Shown: positions 1 through 9,611 of the stretch, piece by piece
How positions within the stretch are numbered: position 1 is the stretch's first letter
Layout: the number at the start of each line of letters is the position of its first letter
DNA from: Vulcanimicrobiota bacterium
Lineage (GTDB): Bacteria; Vulcanimicrobiota; Xenobia; Xenobiales; JADMJV01
Assembly: GCA_050250895.1 (NCBI GenBank)
Contig: JBFWNU010000007.1
Location: 160,001-224,000 of the forward strand
Reading direction: 5' to 3'
Length of the DNA: 64,000 nt
The notes under the pieces: model-generated
What the model saw: the letters and a program-made list of their open reading frames with translations, nothing else
Told to the model about the DNA's origin: nothing
Database searches by the model: none
Made by a program: the position numbers and the translations under genes

Positions 1-1
1 C

Positions 2-1480
2 ATCGCCGATCTCAAACGCAGACTACCGCTCTACGGCTCGGATTTTCGCGACGGATTCTGTTCCAAAGCGCTGGCCTCGATCCTGTTCTTGTTTTTTGCC
101 GTGCTGGCGCCCACCACCGCCTTCGGCGGTCTTTTGTCGGTGTTGACCAAAGGCGAGATCGGAGTGGTCGAAACGCTGCTGGCCACCTCGGTGGTGGGAG
201 TGCTCTACGCCCTTTTTTCGGGACAACCCCTCAACATCGTGGGCAGCACCGGACCGATCATCATCTTTCTGGGTATCCTTTACGACCTCTGCCAAATGGT
301 CGGAGCCCCTTATCTGCCAACCCTGGCCTGGGTCGGCCTCTGGACGGCCCTTTTCCTGGTGCTGCTCACGGCCTTTGATGCCAGCTCGTGGGTGCGTTTT
401 TTTACTCGCTTCACCGACGACACCTTCGCGGGGTTGATCGCCATCATCTTCATTTTCGAGGCCGTGAAGGACATGGTTCACGTCTTCACCGACCACAAAG
501 TGAGCCACGACACGGCTTTATTGTCCTTGATCCTGGCCATCGGCACCTTCTGGATCGCCACCAATCTGTCGCGCTTTCGCCGCAGTGTCTACCTGCGCCG
601 GGCGGCCCGCGAGTTCTTGGCGGACTTCGGACCAGCCATCGCCATCGCCGCCATGACCGGGGTGGCCGTGTGGCTGCACCAGGTCGAACTACAAACCCTG
701 CAGGTGCCTTCGACCCTGGTCACCACCTCGGGCCGAGCCTGGCTGGTCAACCCCTTCGATGCGCCTCGCTGGGTCTGGCTGGCCTCGGCCCTGCCGGCCG
801 TGCTGGCGGCCATTCTGGTCTATCTCGACCACAACATCACCGCTCGCCTGGTGAACACCCCGGACCACAAGCTCAAGAAGCACGGCGGCTATCACCTGGA
901 CCTGGCCGTGGTGGCGCTGCTCATCGCGGGCTGCTCGCTGTTTGGTCTGCCCTGGCTGGTGGCAGCCACGGTTCGCTCGCTCAACCATGTGCGCAGTCTG
1001 GCCAATGTCGAGGGCGAGGGCAACCGCATCGTGTCGGTGGTCGAGACCAGGGTGACCGGATTGATGGTTCACGCCATGATCGGCTGCTCGTTGCTGGTGT
1101 TACCGCTGCTTCAACTGGTGCCCATGCCGGTGTTGTTTGGACTGTTCCTCTACATGGGTGTGGCCTCGCTCGGGGGCAACCAGCTTTTCGAGCGCCTCAC
1201 TCTGTGGGTGATGGACCCGTCGCACTATCCGCCTACCCACTATCTGCGGGCCGTGCCTCTGCGGGTGGTCCATCGCTATACCCTGATTCAGGCTTTGTGC
1301 CTGGCCGCCTTGTGGACGGTCAAAGCCAGCGCAGTGGCTATCGTGTTTCCTCTGTTGATCGCTCTGCTGGTGCCGGTGCGAATGAGTCTGGACCGATTTT
1401 TCAAGAAAGAGCACATCGCCCTGCTCGACCTCGAAGAAGAACCCGCCTCGGAAGCATTTCGCGAAGCGATGCCTGGCTAG
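2..1480 (+). CDS. SLC4/HCO3- cotransporter (anion exchanger/borate transporter) family membrane protein, 5'-truncated by the window edge
   Basis: The frame is open from base 2 (IADLKRRLPLYGSDFRDG..SILFLFFAVLAPTTAFGGLL). Motifs FSGQPLNIVGSTGP, FTRFTDDTF, GYHLDL, LFGLPWLVAATVRSLNH, VETRVTGL and PMPVLFGLFLYMGVASL match the band-3/BOR1 membrane domain. Confidence 0.85.
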   Translation: MADLKRRLPLYGSDFRDGFCSKALASILFLFFAVLAPTTAFGGLLSVLTKGEIGVVETLLATSVVGVLYALFSGQPLNIVGSTGPIIIFLGILYDLCQMVGAPYLPTLAWVGLWTALFLVLLTAFDASSWVRFFTRFTDDTFAGLIAIIFIFEAVKDMVHVFTDHKVSHDTALLSLILAIGTFWIATNLSRFRRSVYLRRAAREFLADFGPAIAIAAMTGVAVWLHQVELQTLQVPSTLVTTSGRAWLVNPFDAPRWVWLASALPAVLAAILVYLDHNITARLVNTPDHKLKKHGGYHLDLAVVALLIAGCSLFGLPWLVAATVRSLNHVRSLANVEGEGNRIVSVVETRVTGLMVHAMIGCSLLVLPLLQLVPMPVLFGLFLYMGVASLGGNQLFERLTLWVMDPSHYPPTHYLRAVPLRVVHRYTLIQALCLAALWTVKASAVAIVFPLLIALLVPVRMSLDRFFKKEHIALLDLEEEPASEAFREAMPG

Positions 1481-2922
1481 TGGTCCCAGTCGGGGGCGGT
1501 CAGGCGGCGTCGGCCGTCGTCGGCCAGTTTCACGCCGGGTTGGTCCAGGGCCTCGCGGTCCCAAAGTTGGCAGGTGACCTGCTTGTGTTTCTGGTCGAGA
1601 CCTTCGCAATAATTGGTATACTTACAGCGGCGGATCTGGTCGCCCAACCCCAGCCTCATCTTGCGGAACCAGTCGGGATCGGCCAGGCTCTGGCGAGCCG
1701 CGGCCACCACATCGGCCTGGCCGCTGGTCAGAATGCCCTCGGCCTGGGCGAAGCTGGTGATGCCTCCGGCCACCACGATGGGGGTGGTATAGCCGGCCTG
1801 GCGCACGGCCCGACGCACCCGACCGGCGTCCTCGACGTTGCGGCCGAAGGGCCCTCTCTGGTCAGACAGGGCGGTGGGCATGCACTCGTAGCCACTGGGC
1901 CCGGTGTAGGGATAGACAGCCCAGCCCACCTTTGGTTGCTTGGCGTCTTCGAACTTGCCGCCCCGGGATAGACTCAAAAAGTCCATCCCGGCCTCGGCGA
2001 ACCGTTGCCCGAAATAGACGGCGTCCTCCACCGTCGAACCGCCCTCCACCACATCCGTGGTGAGATAGCGGCAGCCTACGGCGAACTCTTTACCCACCGC
2101 CTCGCGGACCGTCTGGAAGACCTCGAGCGGCAGGCGCACCCGTTGCTCGCGCGGACCGCCATAGCCATCGGGTCGGGTGTTGAGAGCCGATAGGAACGAG
2201 GCCATGGTGTAGGCGTGGGCATAGTGCAGCTCGACCCCGTCAAAGCCGGCCTGACGGGCGCGGATGGCCGCCTCGGCGAAGACCGGCGGCATCAGCTCGG
2301 GCAGTTTGCGAACGTGCTCGAGGTGCATGTCGGTGACCCGTTCGCGATAACCGCGCTCGAGGTCTTCGAACTCGCGGGGCAAGAGCACGCGTTCCCGCTC
2401 CTGGGTGGAGGCGGCTACCAGGGCCTCGACGATCTCGGGGTCGGTCTTTCCGGGATAGGCCTGGCGGTGGTGGTCGCCAATCTCGAGAAAACGCCTGAGA
2501 AACTTTTCTGGGTCTGGACGGCGGCGGATAGCCAGAAAGTCGATCAGCTGAATGAAGAGGCGAGTGTGGCCACCGCTGGCCTGGCGAACCGCCTCGGTCA
2601 GGCGCCGCAGACCCTCGAGAAAGCGGTCGTGACCGATGCGCAACAAGGGCCCACTGGGAATATCTCTGACCCCGGTGGCTTCGACCACCAGCACCCCCGG
2701 CCGACCCTTGGCGAAGCGGGCATACCAGTCGATCACGTCCTCGGTGACATAACCCTCAACGTTTGAGCGCCAGGGCACCATGGCCGGGATCCAGGTGCGT
2801 TGCTCGATGGTCAACGGTCCCAGGTCAAGGGGTTGGAAGAGGCGGGCGGCGGCGGCCTCCTCGGGGCCAGGCCAGGCTCCGTCAGGGACATCGTGCCGAA
2901 TCTTTTCTTTGGGTATCCACAT
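1477..2922 (-). CDS. NADH:flavin oxidoreductase (Old Yellow Enzyme family)
   Basis: RLFQPL, VEATGV, AGFDGVELHYAHAYTMASFLS, NTRPDGYGG and ARQSLADPDW; C-terminal Cys cluster CKYTNYC. The start is ATG 2922 or GTG 2928. Confidence 0.85.
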   Translation of the reverse strand: MWIPKEKIRHDVPDGAWPGPEEAAAARLFQPLDLGPLTIEQRTWIPAMVPWRSNVEGYVTEDVIDWYARFAKGRPGVLVVEATGVRDIPSGPLLRIGHDRFLEGLRRLTEAVRQASGGHTRLFIQLIDFLAIRRRPDPEKFLRRFLEIGDHHRQAYPGKTDPEIVEALVAASTQERERVLLPREFEDLERGYRERVTDMHLEHVRKLPELMPPVFAEAAIRARQAGFDGVELHYAHAYTMASFLSALNTRPDGYGGPREQRVRLPLEVFQTVREAVGKEFAVGCRYLTTDVVEGGSTVEDAVYFGQRFAEAGMDFLSLSRGGKFEDAKQPKVGWAVYPYTGPSGYECMPTALSDQRGPFGRNVEDAGRVRRAVRQAGYTTPIVVAGGITSFAQAEGILTSGQADVVAAARQSLADPDWFRKMRLGLGDQIRRCKYTNYCEGLDQKHKQVTCQLWDREALDQPGVKLADDGRRRLTAPDWDH

Positions 2923-2974
2923 GGGCACAGCTTGCTTCTTGACCTTGCCGGGTCAACCTTCTATGATGGGCGCT

Positions 2975-4150
2975 ATGCAATTTCAGCGAGTACTCCTGAT
3001 CGTCATGGATGGCTGCGGAGCCGGCGTGGCTCCCGATGCGGCAGAATATGGTGATCCCGTCGACGTCCCGGGCGATACCCTGGTACACGTGGCCCAGGCA
3101 GCGGGAGGCCTGTCGATTCCCAACCTGCGCCGAATCGGTCTCGGCAACGCGCTGGCCCTCGAGGGGGGCAAGCCGGTGACTCGCGCCTGTGGCGGGTTTG
3201 GTCGCCTGCGAGAAAAGTCTCGAGGGGGCAAGGATACCGTCACCGGTCATTGGGAGATGATGGGAATCGTGGTCGAGCGGCGCTTTCCGACCTATCCTGA
3301 CGGCTTTCCGCCCGAGGTGGTCGAACCGTTCGAAGAAGCCATCGGGCGCAAGGTGCTGGGCAATCGGGCCGCCTCGGGCACTACCATCATCAAAGAATTG
3401 GGTGAAGAGCACCTGACTACCGGCCATCCCATCCTCTACACCAGCGCCGACAGCGTTTTTCAGGTGGCTTGCAACGAGGCGGTGGTGCCGGTGGACGAAC
3501 TCTATCGCATCTGTCGCATCGCTCGCCGAATCCTGACCGGAGATCACCCCGTTCAGCGGGTGATCGCGCGCCCCTTCGAAGGGGACAGCGCCGAGAATTT
3601 TCGACGCACCGAGCGGCGCAAAGACTTTCCTCTGGCTCCTCCCGAGAATGTGCTCGATCGCCTGGCCGAGGCCGGCGTCTTCGTCTCGGGCATCGGGGTC
3701 ATTCCCGAGGTTTTCGACGAACGAGGCTTTGTGCACAAGCGCCGCACCCAGACCAACAAAGAGCATTTCGAAGCCACCATGGAGCTACTCGCCAAGCAGA
3801 ATCGCGGCTTCTTCTTCGTCAACTTCGAAGATTTCGACATGCTCTACGGCCACCGCAACGATCCGCAGGGTTTCGCCAGGGCGCTGGAAGTGTTCGACCG
3901 CTATCTAGGACACATCATGATGAAGCTGCACCCCAGCGATCTGTTGCTGGTGTGCGCCGACCATGGCAACGACCCTACCACTCCCGGCACCGACCACACC
4001 CGCGAGTACTCTCCGTTGCTGGTCTACTCACCGGCAGTCAAAGGCGGGCGCGACTATGGCGACCGCGAGACCTTCGCCGACCTGGGCGAGACGGTCCTGG
4101 ACGCCTTCGGCCTGGAACCCCTGGGAGTGGGATGCTCGCTGCTGACGTAA
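2975..4150 (+). CDS. deoB: Phosphopentomutase
   Basis: LIVMDGCGAG, GKDTVTGHWEMMG, YTSADSVFQ, RVIARPF, DFDMLYGHRND and ADHGNDPT..TDHTRE. Start placed at ATG 2975. Confidence 0.95.
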   Translation: MQFQRVLLIVMDGCGAGVAPDAAEYGDPVDVPGDTLVHVAQAAGGLSIPNLRRIGLGNALALEGGKPVTRACGGFGRLREKSRGGKDTVTGHWEMMGIVVERRFPTYPDGFPPEVVEPFEEAIGRKVLGNRAASGTTIIKELGEEHLTTGHPILYTSADSVFQVACNEAVVPVDELYRICRIARRILTGDHPVQRVIARPFEGDSAENFRRTERRKDFPLAPPENVLDRLAEAGVFVSGIGVIPEVFDERGFVHKRRTQTNKEHFEATMELLAKQNRGFFFVNFEDFDMLYGHRNDPQGFARALEVFDRYLGHIMMKLHPSDLLLVCADHGNDPTTPGTDHTREYSPLLVYSPAVKGGRDYGDRETFADLGETVLDAFGLEPLGVGCSLLT

Positions 4151-5229
4151 ACGGCCAAACGACCATGGGTGAGTTGCTCGGCCTTTATCCGGGCGCTGCC
4201 CTGGCCCTGTTTCAGCGCTACCGTATCGGTTCGCAAGAGCGTTACGGATTTGGACCCGAAGAAACACTCGAATCGGTCTTGCGTCGGCACCTGGTTTTTG
4301 ACGTGGCTGGCGTGGTCGCCTTTCTAGAAGAGGCGCGCCAGCAAGAGGCGCGGCTGGCCTGCGAGCCAGAGGACTGGATATCAAGCCCTCGAGAGGCGGT
4401 GCTCGATGTCCGCTCGCCCGAGGAGTTCGCCCTGGGCAGCCTGCCGGGAGCCCGGCTGCTGGCCGGCGAGTCGGTGGCCGCCCTACAGCCCGGTCAGGCC
4501 CTGCTGCTGGTGTGCGCCCAGGGGCTGCAAGCTCCGGCGGCAGCCCGCTACTTCCAGGCTCGGGGGTTCAAAGTTCGCTTTTTGCGCGGCGGTCTCGAGG
4601 CTTATGCCCTGGAAGGCGACCGCACCTTTCCGGTGTTGGCGGGCTCGGCCACGCCGGTGGGGCAGTGGACCGTGCTGCCGGCCACCCACATGGCTCGCTA
4701 TCGGCTTAGTCGCAGCGAGCCTCGGCAACCGCTGTGGTTGACCCGTCAGCCGGATGAGCCCAGTCTGGCCCAGCGATTATTCGACCATCCCGAGGTGCAG
4801 TCGGTGGTCGTCCACGATGATAGCCTCACCGTCGTGTGGGCTGCTCCGGGCGACTGGGTCAAACGGTGTCGGGCTCTGGACCAGCTTTTGGAGACGGACT
4901 TGCCGATCTATCAGGGCCAGGCTTCGGCCCGCTCCGACGAGTTGCTGCGGCCTGTGCTCGAGCGAGCCTTGCGAGAGGAAGTTACTCCCGCCCTCAAGGG
5001 CCACAAAGGCACCGTCGAACTGGCTCACTACAAAGAGGGCTGGGCCGAGCTGCGCCTGGGTGGAGGCTGTCAGGGGTGCAGTTCGGCCGCTATCACCATC
5101 CACCGCGAGATCGCCGCCGTGTTGATGGGCCTGGTGCCCGAGTTAAAGGGCCTGCGTGATACCACCGACCACGCGGCCGGCCGCACCCCGTACCAAGGTC
5201 CCGAACCCCCTCCCGCCCTCCCACGGTAA
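4132..5229 (+). CDS. Rhodanese + NifU/NfuA-type C-terminal domain fusion protein (Fe-S biogenesis/sulfur transfer)
   Basis: Rhodanese motifs LDVRSPEEF, GSLPGA, VCAQGLQA and LRGGLEAY; NfuA-like PALKGHKG..LGGGCQGCSSA..TDHAAG.PY. ATG 4132 overlaps the end of deoB. Confidence 0.75.
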   Translation: MLAADVNGQTTMGELLGLYPGAALALFQRYRIGSQERYGFGPEETLESVLRRHLVFDVAGVVAFLEEARQQEARLACEPEDWISSPREAVLDVRSPEEFALGSLPGARLLAGESVAALQPGQALLLVCAQGLQAPAAARYFQARGFKVRFLRGGLEAYALEGDRTFPVLAGSATPVGQWTVLPATHMARYRLSRSEPRQPLWLTRQPDEPSLAQRLFDHPEVQSVVVHDDSLTVVWAAPGDWVKRCRALDQLLETDLPIYQGQASARSDELLRPVLERALREEVTPALKGHKGTVELAHYKEGWAELRLGGGCQGCSSAAITIHREIAAVLMGLVPELKGLRDTTDHAAGRTPYQGPEPPPALPR

Positions 5230-5303
5230 AACCGATCGAGTTTGTTTACAATCGAGGGTCCGCGGTCAACTTCTGTCCAACCTGGCCAGGCTATGATGCG
5301 CCT

Positions 5304-5642
5304 ATGGTTTCATCTCTGGGTAGTCAACAAGCTCAAACTCTCGTCGACCGCATTCACACTCGGGTTCAGGCTTTGCGCCAGACCCAGGACCCCCACCAGT
5401 CCAGCGGGGCGCTCCAGACCGAAGAATATACCGGGGTGGGCTATCAGAAAGAGCGTCTGACCTATGACGGTAGCGTCTTTTGTTATACCTCGTATTCGCC
5501 CACCGAGAGCCTGGCTTGCACCTTCGATGGCGAGACCTCGCAGTGCAACCAGACTTTGCGGCGCGAGTGGTTTCCTCATCTGGGCGATACGGTGCGCGAG
5601 TTTTCGTTCAACCACCGCACCGGCACTCTGACCGCCTTCTAG
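5304..5642 (+). CDS. Hypothetical protein
   Basis: ATG-started ORF filling the gap between genes; no recognisable motif. Confidence 0.45.
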   Translation: MVSSLGSQQAQTLVDRIHTRVQALRQTQDPHQSSGALQTEEYTGVGYQKERLTYDGSVFCYTSYSPTESLACTFDGETSQCNQTLRREWFPHLGDTVREFSFNHRTGTLTAF

Positions 5643-5693
5643 AAGTGTCCACCCGCGGGCGAGGTGGCTCGACCCTCGCGGCTGTGAAGCTGG

Positions 5694-6893
5694 TTACTTC
5701 AGGCCGCCGATGTATTCGCCCACCCGGTCGATGCCCTTGTCGATGAGTTCCATGCTGGTGGCAAAGCTCAGGCGCACGTGGTCGGGCCCTTCGAAGTCTT
5801 CGCCGGGAACCACCGCCACTTTGGCGTGTTCGAGCAAAGACTCGGCGAAGTCGGCGGCCGTCTTGAGTTCGCGACCGGCGGGGTCGACCCGGCTGAAATA
5901 GGCCGAGATGTCGGGAAAGACGTAGAAGGCGCCGGTCGGTTGGGGACAGCGAATGCCCTTGATGGTCATCAGGCGCTGGTGGATGTGGCGCCCCCGCGCG
6001 GCAAAGGCCTGGCGCATCGTCTCGACCGCCTCCTGAGGCCCCTCGAGAGCAACCGGGATGGCATCGAGCACAAAGGAAGGGATGTTGGAGGTCATCTGCC
6101 CCTGGAGCGCCGCCATGGCTTTGATGACCGGGGCCGGACCGGCTGTAAAGCCGACTCGCCAACCCGTCATGGCGTAGGCCTTGGAGAGGCCGTTAAAGAC
6201 CAGGGTTCGCTCGAACAGATCGGGGTGAAGACTGGGAACGCTCACCGAGGGGTCGGGCCCGTAGACCAGCCGGTCGTAGATCTCGTCAGAGAAGATGACC
6301 AGGTTGTGCTCGAGAGCGAGTTCGGCCAGAGCCTTTAGTTCGGCGGGCGAGTACATGGTGCCGGTGGGGTTGCAGGGAGAGTTCAACAGCAATACCCGGC
6401 TTTTCGGACCGATGGCCTCGCGCAGCTGGTCGGGAGTGATCTTGAAGTCGTTGTCCACGCTGCCGGGAATGAACTTGACCGTGCCACCGGCCAGCTTGGC
6501 CTGCTCGGGATAGCTGACCCAGAAAGGGGAGGGGAGGAGCAGTTCGTCGCCGGGCTCGAGGACCACCTGGAAGGCGGTGAACAGGCTGTGTTTACCGCCG
6601 CAGGAGATCATCACGTTGTCGGCGGTCAGCTCTTTGCCCATCTTGGCGCCCAGGTGTCTGGCCACGGCCTGGCGGGCGGCGGGGCTGCCGGGAGCCGGTT
6701 CGTATTTGGTGCGGCCGGCTCGGATGGCGGCGATGGCGGCCTCTTTGATGTGCTCGGGGGTATCGAAGTCGGGCTCGCCGGCCCCAAAACCGACCACATC
6801 GATGCCTTCGGCCAGCATCGCCTTGAACTTGGCCGTCACGGCCAGCGTGCTCGAAGGCTTCATGGCCGAAATTCGTTGCGAAATGGGTATCAT
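5694..6893 (-). CDS. aspC: Aspartate aminotransferase (class I/II PLP-dependent)
   Basis: GAGEPDFDTP, NSPCNPTG, SDEIYD, SKAYAMTGWRVG (PLP Lys) and GAFYVF. Start at ATG 6893. Confidence 0.9.
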   Translation of the reverse strand: MIPISQRISAMKPSSTLAVTAKFKAMLAEGIDVVGFGAGEPDFDTPEHIKEAAIAAIRAGRTKYEPAPGSPAARQAVARHLGAKMGKELTADNVMISCGGKHSLFTAFQVVLEPGDELLLPSPFWVSYPEQAKLAGGTVKFIPGSVDNDFKITPDQLREAIGPKSRVLLLNSPCNPTGTMYSPAELKALAELALEHNLVIFSDEIYDRLVYGPDPSVSVPSLHPDLFERTLVFNGLSKAYAMTGWRVGFTAGPAPVIKAMAALQGQMTSNIPSFVLDAIPVALEGPQEAVETMRQAFAARGRHIHQRLMTIKGIRCPQPTGAFYVFPDISAYFSRVDPAGRELKTAADFAESLLEHAKVAVVPGEDFEGPDHVRLSFATSMELIDKGIDRVGEYIGGLK

Positions 6894-6978
6894 GGGCGCG
6901 GAGTTCACGGCCGATCAGGGGAATCCTCTCGCCTCCAAAGGCCGAAGGTGACACCTGACATGAGTCGAAACGGGGGCC

Positions 6979-9606
6979 ATGCGTCCGCGTCTCATCATGA
7001 AATTCGGCGGCTCGTCGCTGGCCGATCGCCACTCCTGGCAGCAATCCCTGGCGGCCATCGAGGCTCGCAAGGATCAGAGTCCCCTGGTGGTGGTGTCGGC
7101 CGTGGGCAAGAGCGAGGGGCGTCCCAAGGTCACCGACTTGCTCGACAGCCTGGCCCGCGAGGCCGGGGACCCCCAGCCTCTGTTCGACCTTCACCGGGAA
7201 CTGCTCGCAGAGTTGGGTCTGGGAGTCGACTTGCTCGAGCCCGCCTTTGACGAGATGCGCTCGGATCTCGAGCAACTGGACAGTCTGTCCGCCGACGAGG
7301 GTCGGGATCGGATCATGGGCTGGGGCGAGTTGCTGTCGTCGCGGATGATGGCGGCTTGCTTGCGAGCCCGAGGCTGGGACTCGAGGGCCGCCGCCCCGGC
7401 CGACCTGGCCTTCGTGACCGACGATGTCTTTCAAGATGCCAACGTGCTGTGGGATTCGCTCGAAGACATCGCCCGCAAGGTCATCGCTAGCCCCGGGCAC
7501 GTGGTCTTTCCCGGGTATGTCGGAGTCACCGCCGACGGACGTCGCACCACGCTGGGGCGGGGCGGCTCTGACTACACGGCCGCCGTTCTGGGGGCCGCCC
7601 TCAAACGCGAGGTTGAAATCTGGACCGATGTCGACGGGGTGGCCGTGACCAATCCTACCTTTTTCGACGAACGGATGCGCGCCGAGGGTCACCCTTCGAG
7701 CATCGAGCGCCTCTCTCATGAAGAGGCCTATCAGATGTCGGCCTTCGGCTCGCGAGTGCTCTATCAGAAATGCCTCACCGCCGCCCGCATGGCTGCCCGC
7801 AAGGGCCGGCATCTCAAGATGACCGTCAAGAACACCTTCAATCCCGACCATCCCGGCACCATCATCGAGTCGCACGCTTCGCCGGCCGGTGTTCCCAAGG
7901 GCATCACCGCCCTCGAAGAGGTCCAGCTTCTGACCGTCTATCTAGACCGCGAAGAGGACTATCGGGGTTTGTTGGGTGAGGTGCAGGCGCTGCCGGGCTT
8001 GCGCCTGTTGATGGCCTCTTACTCGACCGGGCGAGCCAGCTTCGTCTTTGACCGCCTATCGGAGGAACTCGAAGCCCTCGAGCGCCATCACCGCGACGCT
8101 CACCTGTCGCGGGACCAGGTGCTGGTGAAGGTGGTCGGCGACGGCCTCGGCCAACGTCACGCCACCATCGGACGCATCCATCAGACGGTGGACTTTCTGG
8201 ACGACTCGGACCGCTTCGGGGCACCGTTACTGCACAAGAGCCCTCAACTTCTGACCGACTCGACCTTCGAGGCGGTGGCCCTCAAGCGCGGAGCCCGCCA
8301 GGTCATCTTGCAACTCTACAAGGATCTCTTCTGTCAGAGCGAACTCACCGTCGGCCTGTTGGGGTTGGGCACGGTGGCCGGCGGCGTGCTCGAGTATTCC
8401 AAGCAGCTGTTTAGCCGGCGCAAGACCGGAGTCGATTTGCGCTTTCCGGTGGCCCTGGTGCGGGACCTGGCTCGCCCCCGCCGGGGCTTCGAGGGCCGCC
8501 TGACCACCGACGCGCGCGACGTCATCGAAGACCCCCGAGTGGACGTGGTGGTCGAGCTGATGGGCGGTCTGGAGCCGGCTCGGGGCCATATCCTGGCCGC
8601 GCTGGCCAACGGCAAGCATGTGATTACGGCCAACAAGGCCGTGCTGGCCGAGCACGGGGCCGAGTTGTTCGAAGCGGCCCGCCGCCACGGGCGCAATATC
8701 GGCTTCGAAGGCAGCGTGTGTGGAGAGATTCCCGTGCTCGAGGTGGTCCAGGACATGCCCAGCGACCAGGACGTCGAGTGTCTTTTGGGCATCTTTAATG
8801 GCACCAGCAACTATCTGCTCACCCGGATGGCCTCGGGAATGTCCTATGACGAGGCGCTCAAGCAAGCTCAGGACGCTGGCTTTGCCGAAGCCGATCCCAG
8901 TCTCGACGTGGGCGGCGGCGACGCTACCCAAAAACTGTCCATCCTGGCTTCCATCGTCTTTCACGCCCCCGTGCCCTGGCGCGAGATTCTCTGCCACGGC
9001 ATCGAAGGCGTGCGGGCCGTGGACACCGCCGAGGCAGCCCGGCTGGGCTACGTCATCCGACCAGTGGCCCTGGGTCGCCGTCACGCCGACGGCCTGGAAT
9101 TGTGGGTGGGACCCGTGTTGGTGGGTCGCACCCACAGTCTCTACCCGGTGGCGGGCGAGACCTGCGGTGTGTCTTTGGAGTTGACGGGGCGTAGCGAGCC
9201 TTTCACCCTGGTGGGCAAAGGCGCCGGAGCCCTGCCCACGGCCCGCTCGGTGGTCCGCGATCTTTATGAGGTCTCGCGCCGTTCTCGTCACCGCATGGTC
9301 GAACTGCCCGCCTTCCACCAGGCCGAGCCGCCCGCCATTTTGGGCCCCGAGCGCCACGTCTATCCCTGGTGGGTTCGTTTTACGGTCAAAGACGAGCCGG
9401 GGGTTTTCGGCCGTATCGCGGCTCTGCTGGGCGAGCAGGAGGTTTCTATCCGCCAGGCCTCGCAAACCGAAGACAGCGATGGGCTGGCCCATGTGATGCT
9501 GATGCTCAAACCGTGCCCACGAGCCAGGCTCGAGCGGGCCATGACCGCGATTCGCGGGCAATCTTTTCTGGAGGCCGACCAGGTCTTACCAGTCTTGGAG
9601 GGATAA
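6979..9606 (+). CDS. Bifunctional aspartokinase / homoserine dehydrogenase with C-terminal ACT domain
   Basis: Aspartokinase motifs KFGGSS, VVVVSA, TTLGRGGSDYTAA and WTDVDGV; HSDH motifs GLLGLGTVAGG, HVITANKA, GIFNGTSNYLL, GFAEADP and GKGAGALPTA; ACT domain KDEPGVFGRIA. Confidence 0.9.
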   Translation: MRPRLIMKFGGSSLADRHSWQQSLAAIEARKDQSPLVVVSAVGKSEGRPKVTDLLDSLAREAGDPQPLFDLHRELLAELGLGVDLLEPAFDEMRSDLEQLDSLSADEGRDRIMGWGELLSSRMMAACLRARGWDSRAAAPADLAFVTDDVFQDANVLWDSLEDIARKVIASPGHVVFPGYVGVTADGRRTTLGRGGSDYTAAVLGAALKREVEIWTDVDGVAVTNPTFFDERMRAEGHPSSIERLSHEEAYQMSAFGSRVLYQKCLTAARMAARKGRHLKMTVKNTFNPDHPGTIIESHASPAGVPKGITALEEVQLLTVYLDREEDYRGLLGEVQALPGLRLLMASYSTGRASFVFDRLSEELEALERHHRDAHLSRDQVLVKVVGDGLGQRHATIGRIHQTVDFLDDSDRFGAPLLHKSPQLLTDSTFEAVALKRGARQVILQLYKDLFCQSELTVGLLGLGTVAGGVLEYSKQLFSRRKTGVDLRFPVALVRDLARPRRGFEGRLTTDARDVIEDPRVDVVVELMGGLEPARGHILAALANGKHVITANKAVLAEHGAELFEAARRHGRNIGFEGSVCGEIPVLEVVQDMPSDQDVECLLGIFNGTSNYLLTRMASGMSYDEALKQAQDAGFAEADPSLDVGGGDATQKLSILASIVFHAPVPWREILCHGIEGVRAVDTAEAARLGYVIRPVALGRRHADGLELWVGPVLVGRTHSLYPVAGETCGVSLELTGRSEPFTLVGKGAGALPTARSVVRDLYEVSRRSRHRMVELPAFHQAEPPAILGPERHVYPWWVRFTVKDEPGVFGRIAALLGEQEVSIRQASQTEDSDGLAHVMLMLKPCPRARLERAMTAIRGQSFLEADQVLPVLEG

Positions 9607-9611
9607 TCCAG

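Noticed and set aside
3469-4131. N-terminal extension of ORF 3469..5229
   Set aside because: It overlaps deoB out of frame and gives Arg-rich nonsense sequence; the domain content starts at 4132.
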